Assembly: GCA_021613535.1 (NCBI GenBank)
Contig: CP075492.1
Coordinates: 6,200,001 to 6,264,000, forward strand
Direction of reading: 5' to 3'
DNA length: 64,000 bases
Source: Adineta vaga
Taxonomy: Eukaryota > Animalia > Rotifera
Numbering within the stretch: the first letter of the stretch is position 1; each line of letters opens with the position of its first letter. This document shows, one piece after another, positions 52,000-64,000 of the stretch. Made by a program: the position numbers and the translations under genes. The notes under the pieces are model-generated. The model was given only the letters and a program-made list of their open reading frames with translations, made no database searches and was not told the DNA's origin.

Positions 52000-52386
52000 T
52001 CTAAAACAAAGAAAAATCTATACATTATTTAGTTTCTCACTTGAAATATATAACTAAAGTGCGTAATATTAATGTTCAAAAAGAACTATATTAGAAAACT
52101 GTCAAAACATAACCCTAATATCTTTCTGATTATCTGCTCGATACCTTTGAGTTATTTAATTTTCTATAAAAAGAAATCTGAGATCTTTTGATGTAGGAGT
52201 TCTCATTACTTTAGTTACTGAATGAGTAAAAATTAAGACATATATTTCATTAATAAATGGATGTGAAGATTAGAATAATCTAGAAATATTTTTTGAGAAC
52301 ATATCATCTGTATAAAATAGTGTAGACTGAGATTATTGAAATAGACATACGAAGAAATAGTCTTTGAAAAAGTAAATCAAGTTAAG

Positions 52387-53349
52387 ATGGATGATTTCTC
52401 CTTATTACAAACAACAATTGAAATAACTCGAATTGTAGTTCCAATCATTATCATCTTTGGAACATTAGGTAATATATTAAATATTCTAATCTTAACAAGA
52501 CAACATTTACGAGGTTATGCATGTTCAATGTATTTTATTGCTTTATCAGTAGTTTGTTTATTTTATACGAGCGTTTTACTTATCAATAATTTATTATTAG
52601 ATGGTTATAGTATTGATCTAGCTAAGTATTCGAATGTAGTGTGCAAATTAATTAGTTATCTGTTAAATGTATGTCCATTATTAGCTGCCTTTTATATTGT
52701 TCTTGCTTCGATTGATCGTTATTGTGCAAGTTCATTAGATGCTGGACGACGACGATTTAGTCAAAAAAATGTTGCTAAACTATCCGTTTTAATGGTAACA
52801 ATGATTATTTCAATAATAATGCTAGGTTCTGTCATTGCATTTGATTTACGTGATGATGGTGCTGGTTGTACAAGTAGATCAGATAGTTTATTTAATCAAG
52901 TATTTCTTTTTCTTGAAACTATTCTTTATGCCATTATCGCTCCTTGTCTTTTGATTATCTTTGGCAGTCTAACAATAGTGAATTCGAGTCGTCTTGTGCA
53001 AAATCGTGCCGGTGTTTCACGTCATCGTCGTACAGAAAAAGAATTAGCTCGAATGCTAATTGTTCAAGTCGCAACACAAGTTCTCTTAAGTGCACCTTTT
53101 TGTGCGGTTTTTGTAACATTAGTTATTCCAACTGATTTTCGATTTACTTTGAAATTTTATATCATTTTTGTGCTCAGCAAAATTCCAATATACTTAACAT
53201 ATTTAAGTCCATTTTTCTTATATATACTTTCGGCAAGAATTTATCGAGAAGAATTAATTCAACTATTCAAAAAACTTTTTCGAATTCGTACAAATAATGG
53301 TGGACATCATCAAACTACAGTGGCGCCAGTACCATCACTATTACCATGA
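52387..53349 (+). CDS. Rhodopsin-like GPCR, intronless
   Basis: GTLGN, CKL, SIDRY, PFFLY...YR; seven TM segments. Confidence 0.88.
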   Translation: MDDFSLLQTTIEITRIVVPIIIIFGTLGNILNILILTRQHLRGYACSMYFIALSVVCLFYTSVLLINNLLLDGYSIDLAKYSNVVCKLISYLLNVCPLLAAFYIVLASIDRYCASSLDAGRRRFSQKNVAKLSVLMVTMIISIIMLGSVIAFDLRDDGAGCTSRSDSLFNQVFLFLETILYAIIAPCLLIIFGSLTIVNSSRLVQNRAGVSRHRRTEKELARMLIVQVATQVLLSAPFCAVFVTLVIPTDFRFTLKFYIIFVLSKIPIYLTYLSPFFLYILSARIYREELIQLFKKLFRIRTNNGGHHQTTVAPVPSLLP

Positions 53350-54179
53350 AAGGATTGAGTATAGCTTTTTAGTCTGACATGAATGTATAATTTGTTGTCT
53401 AAATGATGAAATAAACATTCTCTATCCTTTAACATTACTTTGTTTTCACTGATATGTTGACCTATATTGTGATCGGGTTAGTGTCTATAATAGTTTATTT
53501 CCCTTTCATATTGTTCACACATACACAGCATACCAATCAAATATTAGAACATCCTTTGATCAAGATGCAATATTTTTCTAACAATTTATTTGCGATATGA
53601 TGTATATCAATCCTCGTGAGTGTGGGTGGCGGTATATCCTCTTTGCTTACACCAACACCCATTTAATGCTTTGAAAATGGAATCTTCTAATGAAATACGT
53701 ATTAATTTATTTAATTTAAAATTGAGAGTGAGGGTATGGATGTGTTCATTTTGTCTTCAGGTGCACTTACATCGATCCACACCCTCATCCATCAACGAAA
53801 AACGAAACATAATCACATAAAAGAAAGACAACTTATATATAGAATTTAGCATCATGATACAACATCTAATGACGCTAATAAAAAACCATGCTGATTTGAC
53901 CATGAAAACATTTTTTTAAAATTAGTAAATCAGCAATTCCCATTCGTTTCCAATCACTTTTCTATCTACATGATCTATGTCATTCGAAAACTAGAGAATT
54001 TTTAAAACAAGCTTTGCTCGTTACGTTATAATAAATACAATTTGAAGAAAATGATACCACTGTTACTTGGTACCTCGATCGTTGTCTTATTATTCATATA
54101 CTTATAGGTGAGGGCGAGGGGAGAGGTGTGATTTCTTTGTCTCGAAAAAAAGAACTCCGAATAATACGAAAGTTAAGTA

Positions 54180-55214
54180 CTATTCTTCTATTGTAGGTAG
54201 AGTTTTTATATGACTGGGATTAATTCGATTTTGTCGACGTCTATTCATATGCATATCATAGAAAACATGTTTGGCTTGAGCACGAAAACGTTTCGAAACA
54301 CAAACATAAGTGTAAAATGAATTCTAAAGAAAATAAAAAAGAACATTTCTATTTTATTCGACAACAAAAACAATGCTTACCCCATTACTAAGAAAAGTCA
54401 TTGTTAATGTAATTGCATTAACTAATTTCAATTCAGTAAGAAAAATTGGATCCTTATTCGTATTAAATGATGATATCGCATATGTTATTGAAAATGGCAT
54501 ATAAGTACAAACATAAACAAAAATTTCGACAAGAACCATTTTTGTTAATTGTTTATCTAATTCACGTCGAACAAGTGGATTCGTTCGTGTTATTAAACTT
54601 CGTGCATTTCGAAAAGCTAGTAAGCCAAAAATAATACCAATTAATGGGAAAAGATTTCCATATGTAAAATAATATCCATAAACATTATATTCAAATAGAA
54701 TTGGATTAGATGAGATACAAAGAGCTGGATTAATTGGTGATAATTCATTGAAATAAAGGAAAAAAGGTATTGCATGACCAATCCAAATCAATGTGGCAAT
54801 TATTATGGCACGACGAGCAATTGGAATATTTGACCATTGTTGCCATCGTTGTCGAGAACATGTTGCAAAATATTGATCAATGACAGCTAAACATAAGCAT
54901 GATAGAGAAGAAAATTTACATGCAGCAGCAATAAAATTTCTCAGTTGACAATAAAAGAAAATGGATGTAAAATTGATTGAAAATGCCATTGATATTGCGA
55001 GAAATTGTGAACTCAAAATGAATCGAATCAAATTAAATGATGCCATTGACATTAAATAAATTGCACAAGAACTTTGTCGAAATGTTTTCAAACTAAGAAA
55101 AACGATGATACTACATAATTCACTAATAATACCAATTGCACAAAATGGAATTGAAACATAAAGAGCAAATTCTGATCGAGCAGACAAAAGTGAAGTTATA
55201 TAATCAGTATTCAT
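54180..55214 (-). CDS. Rhodopsin-like GPCR, one intron (~54324-54380)
   Basis: SLKTFRQSSCAIYL, DRY replaced by DQY, RRELDKQLTKMVL; last exon NSFYTYVCVSKRFRAQ. Confidence 0.85.
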
Positions 55215-56079
55215 ATTGAATATTTCAAAATAAAAATATCGTTCTCTCAACAGTTTTTCTTGAAATGATATAAGAGAAAAAGAATGTCTTAATAAAGAAT
55301 TATAAACAAAGAATATACTTCAATAATAGACTGAGTAGTCTCAATGAATATCAACTATACAAATAACTGGAGCCTACGATGTGAAGTATATAAGTTAATT
55401 AGAAGTTTATTGAACCGTTGTATTTTTGAGTTCTATGAAACGAATCTTCGTCGTTTTGTATTGTACATTTCACTAATTAAATCCTCACTACCAACCAAAA
55501 ACTATGTTCTGAGATTATGGTTAAAATATCAAAAGCAGAAGATCTGATAATCGTGCAAACTACTATAATGAAGGAAGAAGAAAGGTGCTTCTCTTCAATA
55601 TAGATACACAAAGCCATAACTTATAAAACGTTGAAATATATTTCTTTAAATTCTTTCATGTCGAAGATGTTTTATACATGGGAAGAAGAAGAAGCATATT
55701 ACGATATATTTTTTATGTGTTTTTTGCGTTTCTTAGCCAAACAGTACAATAAACTTGTAATTAGCTCATGTACTTACTATCGTACCCGCCGTTAGCTGTT
55801 TAATTCTCATAACTGATAGGTGAACAAATTATTTTTCATTAATGATATAAATAAATAGTATAAAAGAAGAATTCAAACGGAAATAACATGTATTCTTTTG
55901 AATTGAATAATTACATGATGTATCTTTTAGGAAAAATCCTATTTCCGTTTTATGACAGTTAATTAAAAGAAAACTTAAGAATATAGTGAAAGCGTGTTAT
56001 CGATGCTTTACAAAATTTAATTAACTCTTTCGCACAAAGTTTCTAATGACAAAATGTATCTATATAAACAAAATGTATT

Positions 56080-56390
56080 GTGAGGGTGAGGGTATGGGCA
56101 TTCTTCTGACTGAAAACCCTGGCAATGGCGCAGCTGTTTTGGTCAGTGAAGGTAGAGTCCGCGAAATTGATGAGCAGGAACTTCTCAATTTATGGACACA
56201 GACAGTGAACTCGGCCAACGAAAAGAAGAAAGCAAGGGAGAAACTGGAGGAAATGAAATACATGAACAAATAAACTAATATCTGCTATGCTACTAATGTG
56301 AAATAAATTAAGATCATTTCTAAAACTAATGGTAAGTTTAATTCTGTCTAAACCTCAAGCCCTTCTGACACCCACACCCGCACCCTTCAC
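56080..56390. mobile_element. Putative MITE-like element with telomere-like imperfect terminal inverted repeats
   Basis: GTGAGGGTGAGGGTATGGG at 56080-56098 versus reverse-complement GTGAAGGGTGCGGGTGTGGG at 56371-56390; part of the interior is GC-richer than the flanks. Confidence 0.4.
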
Positions 56391-56770
56391 CAAAAACTAA
56401 CGTCAAATTCGAGATCCTCGACCTCAATTACTCCTAGATTAACTTTTTCTCGTTTCCCAGATCAGTTTTTGACAGTTCACGGAATGCTGAATTCTGGTTG
56501 GATGGGCCGGACAGACACACTTTTTTTTATTTTTGCATTTCAAGCCGATGATTTTAACGCTGTATACCTTTTCTTTCGGAAAAGGGAATAAAAATTTGCA
56601 TGGATGGTGTCGGTTCATTGATTATGACTCGTGTATATTCTACATGTGTTTGATTATATTGGAAACTGACGTGATATAGTCGTTCTTCTACCTTCTTTAT
56701 TAGTAATTACATGCTTTCAATTTTATGATAGCGTTGTTTTTACATAAAAAAGTTAAATATGTATAATAAA

Positions 56771-57918
56771 ATGTATTGGAATCAACAATCATGTGAGTTT
56801 GATGAGACTTGTAATAAAAAAAGTCATTTTGTTTAATTGAAATCTATATTTTGTTCTAGACTATTATCAACTTGCTCGAATACCTCTACATGAACGATGG
56901 CTTTTCAATCGATTATTTCGTATTAGAGGTATATATCATACTCTAAGCGATCGCCGAGGTGGTGGATCATTTGGATCTGTTTGGGCAGCAACAAGAACAG
57001 ATGGTAACTATAATTTTCTTTCTTTCAATCAATAACTTGACGATATATTCTCTCAATAAACTAAAGGTGCTCGTGTGGCTGTTAAAGTATTTAATTTAAA
57101 TCGAACAAAAAACTATATTAATGTATTGGCATTAGCTAAATCATTTCAAGATGAAGTACGAATGTCATATAAAATGCGTTTTTCAACACGTCATGTGGTG
57201 ACTATTTATGGTTTTGATTTGGATTTAAGAAAACGAGTAGCATTAGTCGCAATGGAATTAGGTGATGATAGTTTAGAAGATCGAGTACGAGGACTTCATC
57301 TAGTACATTATGGGCCTGGTGGATCAGGAATGACGGATGGTGATTTTATTCATCCGAATGATCGAAAGAATATTTGGATACAATTGGTTAGTATTATTCT
57401 AGAATTAGCTCGACATAAAGTTGTAAGTATGAAATAAGCGTTTGGTATTTCATCAATGAATTGAGAGATAAGAATATGTTTAGGTTCATCGTGATATGAA
57501 ACCAGCTAACTTAGTATTTTTTGGTCCTATTTTAAAAATCGTCGATTTGGGTATTGCACAAAAAGAATTTGCTGCGTGAGTTATCTATCATTATATTGGA
57601 TACTTTCTTATTCTCATATCTAGATATAATTCACGAAAAATAGGTGGTACACCATTTTATAGCGCACCAGAATGTATGAATGGTATACAAGTGACATCAA
57701 AAGCAGATATCTGGTCAGTAGGTGCTGTTTTGTACTTTTTAACTTATGGTGCACCACCTGGATTTTGGAATTCTCAACCACCACCTGGCATTCCACCTAC
57801 TCGCTCAACTTTCGTTCAAGAAGTACTCTACTATTGTCTTCAACATAATCCAAACGATCGACCATGGCAATATCAAATTGCTCAACATCCATTAACTTCA
57901 AGTCCTGAAGTTGTTTAA
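56771..57918 (+). CDS. Ser/Thr protein kinase, 5 exons
   Basis: GGGSFGSVW, VAVK, HRDMKPANL, DLG, YSAPE, ADIWSVG, joined by GT-AG introns. Confidence 0.85.
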
Positions 57919-58159
57919 ATACTCTTTATTATAATTCTATAATATTTATACAAAAATTCTTTGAAAAAAGAAGAACGAAAAAAAACAAAATAGTTTGATT
58001 AATTATCTCATTTATTGTGAAAAACTTCGACTAGAGTGCATTCGATGAAAAAAGGTTAAAAAAATTGTGAACAACTACAATAAGATAAGAAAGGACAATG
58101 ATATCAACACTTTGTTTTCATCAAAATAGAAAAAGAAAATTTGAGAACATATCTCTGAT

Positions 58160-61100
58160 TTAACGTTGACGAACTGAACTAGCACGTAATGTTGATGTTG
58201 CACGAATTGATGTTTCTTGAATGTCATGCTAGAAAATAAAATTCATTAATTATCCAATTCATACAGAAGATTTTACTTACACTTGATGCTCGACCAACAC
58301 TAACAGATGATCGATTTTTTGATCGTAATTTTGTAAGTTGACTTTCAGCTGTATCAGCACGTTCAGCTGATTCTTCTACAGAAAGAGAAATGAAAATTTT
58401 TGAAACTATTCCTGTTTTTTATAAATATTAACTAACCAAGTTCTTGTTGAACTTTACGAAATTTAGCCAAGTTAAGTGCCGCAATTTCCTCTAGAAAAAT
58501 AGAGCAATACATGATTATATCTTATTGAAACTATCTTTTTGTCTTACCAGCTTCTTCAACTTGACGTTTGTAGACTTTTAGTTTGCCTTGTAATTTTTCT
58601 GAAAGATCTTGTAAACGTTGTTGATTCTTACGATCTTCTTCAGTTTGAAAAGCTAATTCTTTCAAACGACGATCATTTTTACGTAATTCTTTGAGTGTTT
58701 CTTGATGACGATGTTGTTCTAATTCATTTTCACTTTCTAATTCATGAATCTAAGACGAAGAAGAATAGAGAAAAACAAAAACAATTGATTTTGCGTATTG
58801 ATTTGAAATCTACTTACACGTTGTTCAAGTTTAGCAATAACACGTTTGCCACCTTTGAGTGAACTACCTTCAGCTTCATCAAGACGTGTTTGAAGATCTT
58901 TAACTTGTTGTTCAAGACCTTTACGTAAACGTTCGACTTGTAAAGCATGTTCTTGTTCTTGACGTAATTCTTCGACAAGACGTGATGCATCAGTACTTGC
59001 TTTCTTAGAACGTTCTTCACTGTTCTTAAGTTCACTGACAGCTTCATCCAAATCAGCTTGCATTGCTGCAATTGTTGATTCGAGTTGTCGTTTTTGTGAT
59101 GATAAATTAGCATTTTGTGTGCTAACATCACTAATACGATCAGCTGCATCATGAAGTTCGTTTTCAGCTGCTTTACGTGCACGTTCAGCTTGTTCTAAAG
59201 CTGTACGTAATTCTTCTAATTCACCAGTGATAACATTAGCACGACGTTCAGCTGCCATAGCAATTTCACGTGCTTCATCACGTTGTCGTTGTTCTTCTTC
59301 AACTTGAGCTTGTAATTCAGTAATATTTTGTTGAATACGTTTCAATGATTTTTGTAAATCAGCATTGGTACGATTAGCATGATCAAGTGCAACTTCAAGT
59401 TCGTTAATATCCGATTCGAGTTTCTTTTTCTAAAAAGACGAAGATAAAAATTATGAAATGATCGATAGAATGATTACAACGTACTTGTTTGAGTGTTTCA
59501 GCTTTTGATCGGGCTTCAGCTTCTAAACTAGCTTGCATAGATTCAAGTGCACGTTGATGATTACGACGTGTATTTTCAAATTCTTCTTCTTTTTCATGAA
59601 TTCGTCGATCGATTTCTTGTCGAACAGTACTCAATTCCATTTGTGCACGAAGAACTTTCGCTTCTTCTTGTTCAAGTGCAGCTTCAGCATCTTCTAATGC
59701 AGCTTGTAATTCTTCTTTTTCTAATTCAGCACGTTTACGAGCTTTGTCTAATTCATGAACATTCTTGCCACCTTCACCTAATTGATCAATAAGATCCTAA
59801 AATAATACACAGATATTCTTTCTTTTTTCTCTTTTGATTTTCAAGTCAAAGAAAACAAACCTTAATTTCATCAGCCAAATTCTTATTTTCTTTACGAAGA
59901 GCATCGATTTGTTCGTGTGATTCTTCGTATTGTTGTTTAAGTTTGAATAATTCTGTTGAAAAGTTTCGTGCTTCCTTTTGTGAAGCTTCAAGTTCAATAG
60001 TAATATCTTCACATTTCTGTCTCCATTCATTAATCAATTTATCAAATTGTTTTTGTTTTTTATCCATAGCCGAAGCATCTTGAATAATACAACAATGAAT
60101 GGTTTAAATAAAAAACAAAAGATCGAATGTCAATCAAACTTACTGGCATTAGCACGTTCAACATCAACCATAAGATCTTCAACTTCACCTTGAAGACGAG
60201 CTTTAACTTTTTCTAAAGCATTGCATTTGTTCAATGCAGCTTCAACTTGTTCTTCAGCTTCAGTTAATTTAGCAGCTAATTTACGTTTAGCTTCATCAAG
60301 TTCTTCACCACGAGACATACCTAAAACGAACATTTGATGATGACATTTTTCCATAGAAATTTACAATATAAAATTAACCTTCAGATTCATAACGAGCTCT
60401 CCATTGTTGAATTTCAGCTTGAAGTTTGGATACTTGTTTTTGAAGTTCACTTCTTGCTTCTTGTTCTTCATCAAGTTGTTCACGAGTTTGATCAAGATCA
60501 GCTGTTAAATTACGAATTTGTGATGCTAAAAAGAAACGAATGTCATTGATAATCGTGATGTTCAACTGAATTTCGTTCATTAACAAAGATATACTTACTA
60601 ACTGATCCTTTGCCACGTAATTCATCATCAATTGTTCGTTTGGTTTCATCAAGTTGTTGTTGTAAGGTAGTTTTTTGTTTACTTAATGCAGCAATTTGAT
60701 GTTCAAAATCTTCGACTTGTCGAGTTAAATCTGAATTTTCACCAGTTAATTTTGTTTTACTGTGTGTTAAATCAGTTATTTGTCGAACATGTTCTTCAAG
60801 TTTAATTTGAAGATCATTTAATTGTTGTTCAAGTTGTTTGGAAAGTTTTTCTGCAGCTGTTTTGCCTTTTTGAGCATGATCAACTTGTGTACGTAAATTA
60901 TCTAATTCAGATTTCACACCTTGTTTATCTTTTTCAAGTTTATTTTTCAATTTTTGTAATTGATCAATTTGTTCACCCATTTCTGCGAAAAAAAGACAAC
61001 AACAACAAATCAATAGGAAATGAAAATTGAATTGAATTTTCTTACCGGTAACAGCATCTTGATGTTTCTTACGAAGTTGGGCAGCAGTAGCTTCATGTTG

Positions 61101-64000
61101 AAGATTAGCTTCTTCTAAATCACGTCGAAGTTTTTGTAATTCACCTTCACGTTTCTTGTTCATTTCGACTTGTGATGATGTGGCACCACCAGCTTCTTCT
61201 AATCGATCATTCATTTCATCGATTTCTCGTGCTAAATCAGCTCGTTGTTTTTCAGTTTTTGTTCGTGCTTGTCGTTCATTTTGTACTTCTTCTTCCATTT
61301 CTTCAATACGTGCTTGTAATTCTTTGATTTTCTTTCCTAAACTTGTGGCTTGTCCTTGTTCATCTTCAAGTTTTCCACCCATTTGTTGAATTTCTTGATC
61401 TTTACGTTTAAGAGTTTCTTCTAATTCACGTTTTGATCGTTCTAAATCTTCGAGACTACTTTGTGCACCTTTCAAATCAGTTTCTAATTTTCGTTTGGAT
61501 TTATCTAAATCAGCGCGAGCTTTCTTCTCGCGTTCTAAACTATCTTCTAATTCATCTAATGTTTGTTCAAGTTTGGTTTTTAATTTATTTAAATGATTCA
61601 CTTTATCTTCTTCAGCTTGTAATTGTTCAGTTGTTTTTGAATTTTGTTCTTCGAGACGTTTGCGTTCACGTGTAGCTTTAGCAATGGTTTCATCTTGGCG
61701 AGCAATTTCATCTTGCAAGGTATGAATTTGATTATCACGAGTTTTGCATTCATTTTCAGATTTCTGTAAACTTAAACGCATATCATCAATGTCTTTCTTC
61801 AAACCATCAATGTCATGTTCAAGTTTCTTCTTTTTATTGCTTAATTCTTGAGAACTTTCTTCTTCTGCACTAAAACGTTCTTCTAAATCTTTGACTTGTT
61901 GTTCAAGATCAGCCTTTTGTGTTACTGAAAAGAAAATCTTTCAAATGAAAGATTTGATGAAGATTTATTTCTTACCTAAACGAGTATATTTTTCTTGAGC
62001 TTCTGATGAACCTGATCGTTCTGATTCAAGTTGTTGATAGAGATCATTTTTCTCTATAAAAAATATCACGAAATGAATTAGATTAGAAAGAAAATGATTT
62101 CTTTGAATTACCTTTAACTAATTTGGAATTGTTATCTTCCATTTCTTTACGTAATTTTTCTTCTTTTTCAAGAGCTTCCTTCAATGCTTTGAAGTCTTCT
62201 TCGAGTTTCTTCATTTCTTCTTCTTGACGAGCAACCGAAAGTAATGGTTTAACTTTAGTATAAAGTTTCCACCATGGCCAATTACGTAATGATAAGTATT
62301 TGCGAAGATTGCGTTGTACAACTGATAAAGCCAATCGTTGTTCCAATTTTTTCTTGTATTCTTTCTTCATAATATAACCACGAATTTGACCTTGTAATGC
62401 AGAAATAATTTTCGATAAAGCTTGATCACGTAAATCTTCTAATTGACCTAATGTACCAGCTTTGAAGAAAACTTTTGTAATACCACATCGGTATAATTCT
62501 TCATTCAAAGCAATATCTTTAAGAATATCTTCCGAAGCTTTCTTGGCATCAACAAAACCTTTAGGAATAGCATTAGGTGCAAGAATTGAATAACGTTGTT
62601 TGAATTCTGCATAGATCATGCGGTTAGGAAAGCCTTTACGACAAATACGAATGCCTTCTAATACACCGTTACATGTCAATTGATGCATAACCAAATGAGC
62701 ATCAAGAACACCACCAGTTTTGATTTCATTTGGAATAATACAACGAACAAAGTGAGGATGTGTTTGTTTCAAAGTATTCATCAATTTGTTTAATTGTTCC
62801 TAAATAAGTAATACATTATTGTTTTTATTCTCTAATCAAATGAATAATAAGATAAGATTTACCCGATGAGTAGCTGAAATGGTTTGCATACTACCACCAC
62901 CTTTCTTCTTACCACCACCACCTTTACTACCTTCTTCTTCGAGAACATCGGCAAAGAGATGACATAACATAACGTTCTTCGATTTAGCGAAGAGGCTAGC
63001 TCTATAGGTTGATAAAAAGAAAAGAAAAGAAAGAAAATCTTAATTTTCAAGATAAGATGGAAATATGAATGAAACACTTACACAGTATTGTTGATGGGAT
63101 CTTTGTTCTTTTCGAGCCATCCAGTAGCGGTATATGATACAGTACCAGCATAATGATGGATATCAAAATGTGCTTCGGCTTTACCTTTGCCTGGTTTTGG
63201 TTTACCGAATTGTGGATGTTTACCCAAATGTTGACCGTAAAGTTTTTCAACAAATGTCTTGTCCGTAGCTTTTGGAACAATACATTCTTCTTCGAGAATC
63301 GATAGAATACCCATCGGCTATATTATTGGAAAAAAAGAAGATAACTATCAAAGAAAGAACAAAAAATGAAAAGAGGCCTTACCTTCTCAATCAAATCAAG
63401 ACAAGCTTGTAAATCCATACCAAAATCAACGAACACCCAATTAATACCTTCTTTCTTATATTCTTCTTGTTCCAAAACGAACATGTGATGATTGAAGAAT
63501 TGTTGAAGACGTTCGTTTGTATAATTAATACACAATTGTTCGAATCCATTGTACTACAAAAATGAGTTCATTTTTTGTTTTAAACATTCAAATTACAATA
63601 GGAGAACAAAACTTACTTCGAAAATTTCAAAACCAGCAATATCAAGGACAGCAATGAAGTATTGTCGTTTTGCTTTAACATCGAGTGTGACGTTGACACG
63701 TTCGACTAACCAGATGAACATACGAAAGTAGATCTAATGGAATAACAGAAGAATTTGATTTCGTTTCTCAATGAAAATCTTAAAATATTCATACCGATTT
63801 TGATAGAGCACCAATTGAGTTGATGACTTGATCTTTATTTTGACCTTTGTTAACATATTCGTTACCGACCTAAATGAAATCAACAATTGATTATCTAATA
63901 AGTTAATAATTTGAATGCAAACCTTGATACGTGGCTTGAGTAAACCTTTTAAGAGATCGGCTGCTTCAACACCAAGTAAGTGGGCGACTTTTTCGACCTC
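58160..64000 (-). CDS. MYH: Muscle-type myosin II heavy chain, 5' part beyond window
   Basis: Motor motifs [56 protein letters not shown]; [14 protein letters not shown]; long heptad tail ending at stop 58160-58162. Confidence 0.97.

Noticed and set aside
58737-63731. Many short overlapping ORFs in the myosin region
   Set aside because: Exon fragments or antisense shadows of the myosin heavy chain gene.
1-64000. Prokaryotic interpretation (operons, CRISPR array, defence island)
   Set aside because: Spliceosomal introns, myosin II, TRAF and GPCRs show an animal genome; I saw no repeat-spacer array, rRNA or tRNA.

Overview
AT-rich (about 30% GC by eye) eukaryotic genomic DNA with mostly short (about 45-70 bp) GT-AG introns. 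The gene families present (receiver-like/ADP-ribosyltransferase/TPR genes, intron-poor rhodopsin-type GPCRs, FG-GAP proteins, intronless bacterial/fungal-type enzymes) point to a bdelloid rotifer such as Adineta; this is an inference. About 25 genes and gene remnants were traced. Conserved animal genes include muscle myosin heavy chain, acylamino-acid-releasing enzyme, TRAF, a PDZ protein and GPCRs; the rest are lineage-specific or probably horizontally acquired. Main highlights: (1) a predicted myristoylated kinase with four C-terminal PBZ (poly-ADP-ribose-binding) zinc fingers, visible only after splicing, lying beside two ART-TPR genes and an EEP hydrolase. (2) Two convergent genes each encoding exactly three tandem TM-ectodomain-TM modules, a possible single-chain pseudo-trimeric channel/receptor. 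(3) An intron-containing membrane protein with four bacterial-type GEVED domains. (4) A plant/fungal-type ABCG with a Cys-rich ectodomain, and a GH10-ricin xylanase. (5) A secreted 10-Cys peptide absent from the ORF track. (6) Telomere-like hexamers arranged as inverted repeats. Several accessory genes carry small indels that may be assembly errors or real decay. All calls come from manual motif reading; no database searches were run.
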